Positions 59,025 through 64,000 of a DNA stretch of 64,000 bases are shown piece after piece. Below the pieces are notes generated by a model. It made no database searches and was not told the DNA's origin. It saw only the letters and a list, made by a program, of their open reading frames with translations. The stretch lies in NCBI GenBank assembly GCA_008632985.1, contig QPGO01000198.1, positions 1 to 64,000 of the forward strand. The letters are read 5' to 3'. Each line of letters begins with the position of its first letter. Position 1 is the stretch's first letter. Both the position numbers and the translations under genes were made by a program. The stretch comes from Psammoneis japonica (taxonomy: Eukaryota).

Positions 59025-62000
59025 CTCCCCAGTTTGCTTGAGGAGCCACAGAAACAGATTCGACTTCGGATGGAATGAAGTTCCAGAACATGAGGGGCGG
59101 AGAAGGTCCCAGATTTGGGAGTGACCCCAATGCTTGCTGAGAATGTCAGCAGGGTTGCGGGAGCCTTCGATGAAGTGGAGCTCAAGGTGACCAGAGGCAA
59201 TTGCCTCACGCACACGGTGGAACGACAGTGCGGTGTGTCGCTTGTGTAACTTGGAGTGCGGGATGGTGGCACTGTCTACAACCGACTTGTTGTCACCGAA
59301 CATGCAACTGACATTGCGGATCGGGACGCCAAGGTGGCGCAGGGTGATGCGCAGGTCGATGATCTGCTCAACACAATTCCTTGCGGCAACAAATTCAGAT
59401 CCGCAGGTTGCAGTCTCCACGGTGGCTTGTTTCTTGGAGAACCAATCAGCCGGGAATTTGTTGAGGAAGTGGAGCATTCCCATGACAGAGCGTCCGGTGA
59501 GCATGCAATGGTGCAAGTTTGCATCGACGCAGTGGGTGGCAGTGACGAACTTGCCAAGGGGCGGTGGAGCGTCCTTCGGGATCATCTCTTCTGCTTCACC
59601 ATGCACGGAATGCATCCATTCACAGGCCGGAGCAGGGAGCTCCGAACAGTCGGGCTCTTCCGTGCGAACGCGGAGAGCACCGTGTCGCATCTTGGAGAGG
59701 CACCCACAGACGCGTTTGGCACGATCCAAGTGGCCTTGACGGGGTGCAGCTCGGAAGCTAGAGAGTGACATGACAGCCGTGGTGATGTCAATTTGACCAA
59801 GGGACACTGCCCATTGGAGTGAACCAACAAGAGACTGGAACTTGTGAATGCCATCGGGTCCCAGCAGTTCGGAAGTGTCCAGTTCGGGGTGGTCACCCTT
59901 CTCTAGAGGTGACAGGGCGTTGGTGGCAGGTTTCTCCCCAAACAGTCGGGCGCAGCTGTCGACCATGCGCTCGATGTACTTGCGCGGAGACAGGCACAAG
60001 GTTCCGTCGGGGTCCCGGGAAAAGTCGCAACCCAGATGGAACTCAATGGGTCCCGCACCCTTGAGCTTGAACTTGTGCTTTTCCGTGAGAGTGTCGACGA
60101 AAGATTGAGGGTCCTTCATGGCAATGGCCAGGTCATCCACATAAACGGCAATGTGTTCACAGTGGTCGCCGTTCCTGCGCATCCAAATGTCGGGTTCGGC
60201 GCGGCAGGGGAAGAAGCCTTCAGCTCGCAGGCAGTCGGCGAAGCGCTCGTGCCAGCGGAGACCGGAGCTGCGCAGTCCATGCAGTGCCTTGTGGATGACA
60301 AGGATGTGTCCTTCGAGTTTGCCAAATTCGGGTCCAGCTGCAATGTAAAGCTTCTCCTTGGTGGTGGCTTCAAGGCAGGCATTGCCAATGTCGGTGGCCC
60401 ATGTCTCCAGCTCGTTGAGTTCGGCCAGGAAAATCATCAGCCGAAGGCCACGGAGGGAGACTGCTCCGGAGTGGACACTGTCGATGGGTACGTCCGTGAG
60501 GTGCCCGTCGGCTACGAGTCGTGCCTTGTGGCGACCGTCGTGTTTCACGTCGCACACCAGGTGCACTCGGATCTTCTTGTGTCCCGCAGGAGGAGCGGAA
60601 GACTTGAGGGGCCCGCAGTCATGGAAGACTTCGCATTCGTCGAGTTGGTCCATCTCGAGATTAGTTGCGTCTCCCCACTTGCGGTTGCCGTTGCGTTCGT
60701 CTAGTGACATGGCGTGTTTGCAGTTCCGGGGAACTTCGCATCCGTACTTGTGGCGAGGTGCAGTGCGGAAGGAGCGAAGCTTGGCTTGGCTGGCCATGCG
60801 AAATAGCTTCTTTTGGCGCCTCGCGACAGTGCGGAACCGCTTCCAGCCATCCGTGTCGAGGAGTCCGTTCTCTCGTGCATAGATGGCACAGGTGACGGGG
60901 TCGTCCTTGGTGATGATGGCAAGAGGCTCGGACGTGATCTCCCCACTTTCCCATTCAAGCATGATGTTGTAGCTTGAGCCTTTCCAGGTTGGGTCGTGAG
61001 GCTTCAGAGGTCCTTCGTGTGACACGATGCGTCGAAATTTCCAAATGGTGGTGTCTTCGTCTTCTTGCTCAATGTGATTCATGATGTCATTGTAGGCAAG
61101 GACTTCCTCGTGTTCGTCATTGTTGACAGAGCAGACGAACTCAGTGAGCTCGGGATTGCCGTTCACTTTCCATTCGTGGTCTTCGACGGCCTTGATGATG
61201 CGAGCTCTGTGGCGTTGTCCGTCCTCTTGTGGCTGCATGAGGAAGGTGCGTCCAATGATGTCTTGCGGATCGAAAACTGGCATCTTGGGTGTCCTGATCT
61301 CCCCATCAGGAGAATCGACGGGGTTGTCGTCATGGCGAGATTTGATGATGGGTTCAGGTGGCTCCCCATCAGGAGGATCAAGACGCAGGTTTCGAACGGC
61401 AGGATCGGGGGCAGCAGAGCGAACGTTGGACCGGTGGAGGATCTTCTGAGTCTCGTCAGATGGGACCTTGAAGGTCATCTGGTGGCCGACGTGCTCAGCA
61501 ATGCCAACGAAGCGTCCACGCAACTCACGGGATTCGGACGGCCAATCGGAGTCATCGAGGTGGAAGTGCACTGGTTCCCACCAGTGAAAGCGAAGCAATG
61601 GGCTGATGTCCGGGGTGGATCCAGTGAGAGTCTCGAGGGGCATGCGCCAGTGGAGACGTGGGGACGCTGTGTGGTTGAGCATGAAGCACACGCACATGAG
61701 CGCCAGCAGCCATGTGTGGGCGGGCGAACCAAAACGATCCATGACAGTGTTCGCCATGCGCTTCACGGTCTGGTGTCGACGCTCGGCAAAGTTTTGGTGT
61801 TGCTGGTGAGGCTCACTTTGCCAGCTGGAGATGAAGAGGGCGCGTGGGATCCCGAGCACTTTGTTGCTGATCTCAACTTGAGCACGGTCGCTAATGAGTT
61901 TGGATGGGGCACCACATTCACGGATCTGATCCTCGAGTGTGTTGACAAACTCTTTGTCCGTCTCAGTGCCGTAGACGTCAGTGACGGTAGACTCGGTGCC

Positions 62001-64000
62001 AACAAACAGTTGGGCGCTGGTGCAACCAGAGTCGACGGCCGGGGTGTCGGCATGAACGGTGTCAGTGGCGACAGGCTCGTTGCGGCGGTGCACGTTAAGG
62101 GCGGGGTTGGGTGATTTGTAGGCCTTGCGAAGGTGTGTGCCGGCGGGCATGCGGGCGTGCTGCGTGGTGCAGTCAAAAGTGCGACGGACCGCATCGGCAG
62201 GTAGGAAGCCAAAGCAAGGCCGAAGAGACTCGAAGGGGGGGTCCTTGGGCTGTACAGTGCGCTCCGGAGGTGGAACGTCATCGCCCTTGGGGTCAATCGC
62301 ATGCAGATGACACTCGTAGAACACGTCATCGTTCGGAATGAGGTGATCATCGAGGGCGGACGCGTGATCGGCAGACAAGGAAGCGGACAAGATGGTCTCG
62401 TTGACAACGACACGGTGACGGCAGTTGCCGCATTCGTCAAATGGGTTGGCAGTGGGATCGTCCTGCAGGTCAGAGATTGCGTCGTGCCACTGGTCGTCGT
62501 CAGTGACAGAGTGATCGAGGACGGAAGGGTCCCATGTGTCATCACCGGTGAGGATGACATGGGGCAGGGTGTCCCATTCGGCGTCAGTGCAAGGTCGCAT
62601 GGCAACATAAGGCAGGCCAGCCTTGATGTCAATGGGGATGACATAGCCATCAGGAGTGGCAATGCGTTGCAAGCCGTTGGGCACCTTGACAGAGCGATCG
62701 TTGACATCCTGTTTGTGCCATTTGAGCTGGCCACAGGAATGGATGGTCTTGCCCTTTCCCGTGCATGCATGCTGATGGAGGATGGCGATGACGGGACCAC
62801 GCTGGGTCTCAATGACGGCACCAGCGGTGACAATGGGGATGTCCACCAATTGATGATCGTCAATGCCCTGAACGTCGACTTGGCGAGAGGTGCGTGCAAT
62901 GACGCGAACGTCGTCGCCAGCAATGCCGCCGTTGGCCCCACGATCGACTAGAGCGCCAGTGCGTGTGGAGCGATGAGCAGAGGCAGAGCAAATGACATTG
63001 TGGTTGTTGACGCGGCGGCAAGTGCGGCCGTCAAGTTCCATGTCATCTGCAGAAGCTGGCGGGGTAGAGGAAGCGGCGGATGGCCCCGGTCGACTGGCAT
63101 TGGGGGCTTGGTTAGGGGACAACAGACGTTGCAGATCACCGGGTGGCAGTGGCTTGCGCTTGGTGAGGTGCGCCAGGATGGGATTGTCCGAAGTGGCGTC
63201 CACATGTGTGGCGGAGTCACCACAGTCAGCAGGAGTCGTGTTGGACAAGTTGACATCTCCGTCACTCCCAAGGTGTTGGTCGTGAAGGTTGGCCGTAACA
63301 GACTCATGGCAGTCACTGGCTCGCGGGTTGCGGGGAGGCGGACGACAGTGCTCAAGGATGATCGCCTTGGAGGAATCGGGCAACGAATCCCAGAGCCGTT
63401 GGTGGTCGGGAGGGAGACGTCTCCATTGGACACCGGTGAGGCTGGGACCGCGGGTGTGGGCAGCATTGGCTTGAAGGACGTCAACGTCGCTGTCAATGTC
63501 ACAGAACACATCGTCGGACGGTTCCTCGGAGCAGACGTCATGTGCGCACATGGCGCGTCGGGGAGCTCGAGGTGTCGTCTTGGGTTGAAACGTGCTGTCG
63601 TACTGAGCTGCCGCGGAGAGGAGCAAGCCACAGCATTGATCGTATGTGAGGCTCTTGCCACTCTGCGTACGATGCTGATCAGCTTGGTTCTTGACAGCAC
63701 GGAGTTCCTCGACAGGGTGCACGGCATTCTCGAGCATGACGCGCTTCTGTCCTTCAGAGAAGTGGTCACTGGCGGGGATGAGTGCCTCGCACTTGCGCAA
63801 CTGATCTTGCCAATGAAGGATGAACCCGTGGGTCGGACCTTTCCAAGTGCCATCACCAAGACGTGCGGTGGTGAGGTACGTGAGCAGGGTGGAGGACTCG
63901 ACAGATGCACGGGTGGAGGCAAGCGCGCACTCAGACAAGGAGCGGCAGACGGTCTGTGCGTCAGAAGACCCCACATTTTCGCGAATGAGAGCCTTGCCCT
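59022..64000 (-). CDS. Copia gag-pol polyprotein, ORF open but hypermutated and probably inactive
   Basis: Protease LVDRGANGG, integrase ATDT..SDRAQVE..QNFAERR, RT YVDDL, RNase H VDAN..GSEF..GDNKSV..NPADILSK; many normally conserved Tyr read as Cys or His. Confidence 0.92.
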   Translation of the reverse strand, partial: GKALIRENVGSSDAQTVCRSLSECALASTRASVESSTLLTYLTTARLGDGTWKGPTHGFILHWQDQLRKCEALIPASDHFSEGQKRVMLENAVHPVEELRAVKNQADQHRTQSGKSLTYDQCCGLLLSAAAQYDSTFQPKTTPRAPRRAMCAHDVCSEEPSDDVFCDIDSDVDVLQANAAHTRGPSLTGVQWRRLPPDHQRLWDSLPDSSKAIILEHCRPPPRNPRASDCHESVTANLHDQHLGSDGDVNLSNTTPADCGDSATHVDATSDNPILAHLTKRKPLPPGDLQRLLSPNQAPNASRPGPSAASSTPPASADDMELDGRTCRRVNNHNVICSASAHRSTRTGALVDRGANGGIAGDDVRVIARTSRQVDVQGIDDHQLVDIPIVTAGAVIETQRGPVIAILHQHACTGKGKTIHSCGQLKWHKQDVNDRSVKVPNGLQRIATPDGYVIPIDIKAGLPYVAMRPCTDAEWDTLPHVILTGDDTWDPSVLDHSVTDDDQWHDAISDLQDDPTANPFDECGNCRHRVVVNETILSASLSADHASALDDHLIPNDDVFYECHLHAIDPKGDDVPPPERTVQPKDPPFESLRPCFGFLPADAVRRTFDCTTQHARMPAGTHLRKAYKSPNPALNVHRRNEPVATDTVHADTPAVDSGCTSAQLFVGTESTVTDVYGTETDKEFVNTLEDQIRECGAPSKLISDRAQVEISNKVLGIPRALFISSWQSEPHQQHQNFAERRHQTVKRMANTVMDRFGSPAHTWLLALMCVCFMLNHTASPRLHWRMPLETLTGSTPDISPLLRFHWWEPVHFHLDDSDWPSESRELRGRFVGIAEHVGHQMTFKVPSDETQKILHRSNVRSAAPDPAVRNLRLDPPDGEPPEPIIKSRHDDNPVDSPDGEIRTPKMPVFDPQDIIGRTFLMQPQEDGQRHRARIIKAVEDHEWKVNGNPELTEFVCSVNNDEHEEVLAYNDIMNHIEQEDEDTTIWKFRRIVSHEGPLKPHDPTWKGSSYNIMLEWESGEITSEPLAIITKDDPVTCAIYARENGLLDTDGWKRFRTVARRQKKLFRMASQAKLRSFRTAPRHKYGCEVPRNCKHAMSLDERNGNRKWGDATNLEMDQLDECEVFHDCGPLKSSAPPAGHKKIRVHLVCDVKHDGRHKARLVADGHLTDVPIDSVHSGAVSLRGLRLMIFLAELNELETWATDIGNACLEATTKEKLYIAAGPEFGKLEGHILVIHKALHGLRSSGLRWHERFADCLRAEGFFPCRAEPDIWMRRNGDHCEHIAVYVDDLAIAMKDPQSFVDTLTEKHKFKLKGAGPIEFHLGCDFSRDPDGTLCLSPRKYIERMVDSCARLFGEKPATNALSPLEKGDHPELDTSELLGPDGIHKFQSLVGSLQWAVSLGQIDITTAVMSLSSFRAAPRQGHLDRAKRVCGCLSKMRHGALRVRTEEPDCSELPAPACEWMHSVHGEAEEMIPKDAPPPLGKFVTATHCVDANLHHCMLTGRSVMGMLHFLNKFPADWFSKKQATVETATCGSEFVAARNCVEQIIDLRITLRHLGVPIRNVSCMFGDNKSVVDSATIPHSKLHKRHTALSFHRVREAIASGHLELHFIEGSRNPADILSKHWGHSQIWDLLRPSCSGTSFHPKSNLFLWLLKQTGE

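Larger units (their letters stand above)
58749..64000 (-). mobile_element. Ty1/Copia (CoDi-like) LTR retrotransposon; 5' part extends beyond the window
   Basis: Pol order PR-IN-RT-RH, polypurine tract and LTR. Confidence 0.95.

Noticed and set aside
59022..63974. Alternative genetic code (Tyr reassigned) as the explanation for Tyr>Cys/His
   Set aside because: Neighbouring genes use TAY for conserved Tyr (RPB1 heptads), and non-coding repeat DNA shows the same change.

Overview
Eukaryotic genomic DNA, most likely a pennate diatom (ASAF-type plastid signal peptides, CoDi-like Copia element, helicase-associated repeat protein, YSPTSPA-type RPB1 CTD). Ordinary gene islands (ABC transporter, Uma2-like nuclease fold, sulfotransferase, HA-repeat protein, RPB1, RING proteins, CBM60-GH16, GAF, HD, EcKinase-like, Ni-transporter-like) alternate with six sharply bounded repeat blocks (~2.6-5.9, ~7.9-19.65, ~23.8-26.4, ~44-46.9, ~49.9-54.1 and ~59-64 kb) that are almost free of TpA. 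Comparing duplicated copies within the window, and conserved motifs of a young Copia element, indicates TpA was converted to TpG or CpA (A>G on either strand). It seems to precede CpG decay and to spare YTAR contexts. This looks like a repeat-targeted A:T>G:C hypermutation process running opposite to fungal RIP; a base-calling artefact still has to be excluded. Other highlights are an RPB1 CTD built from whole-heptad exons, an RPB1 clamp lacking its first Zn site, a triplicated plastid-targeted 4xNUMOD1 gene, nested TIR elements and a bacterial-type CBM60x3-GH16 gene. All alignments and counts were done by eye; no database search was run.
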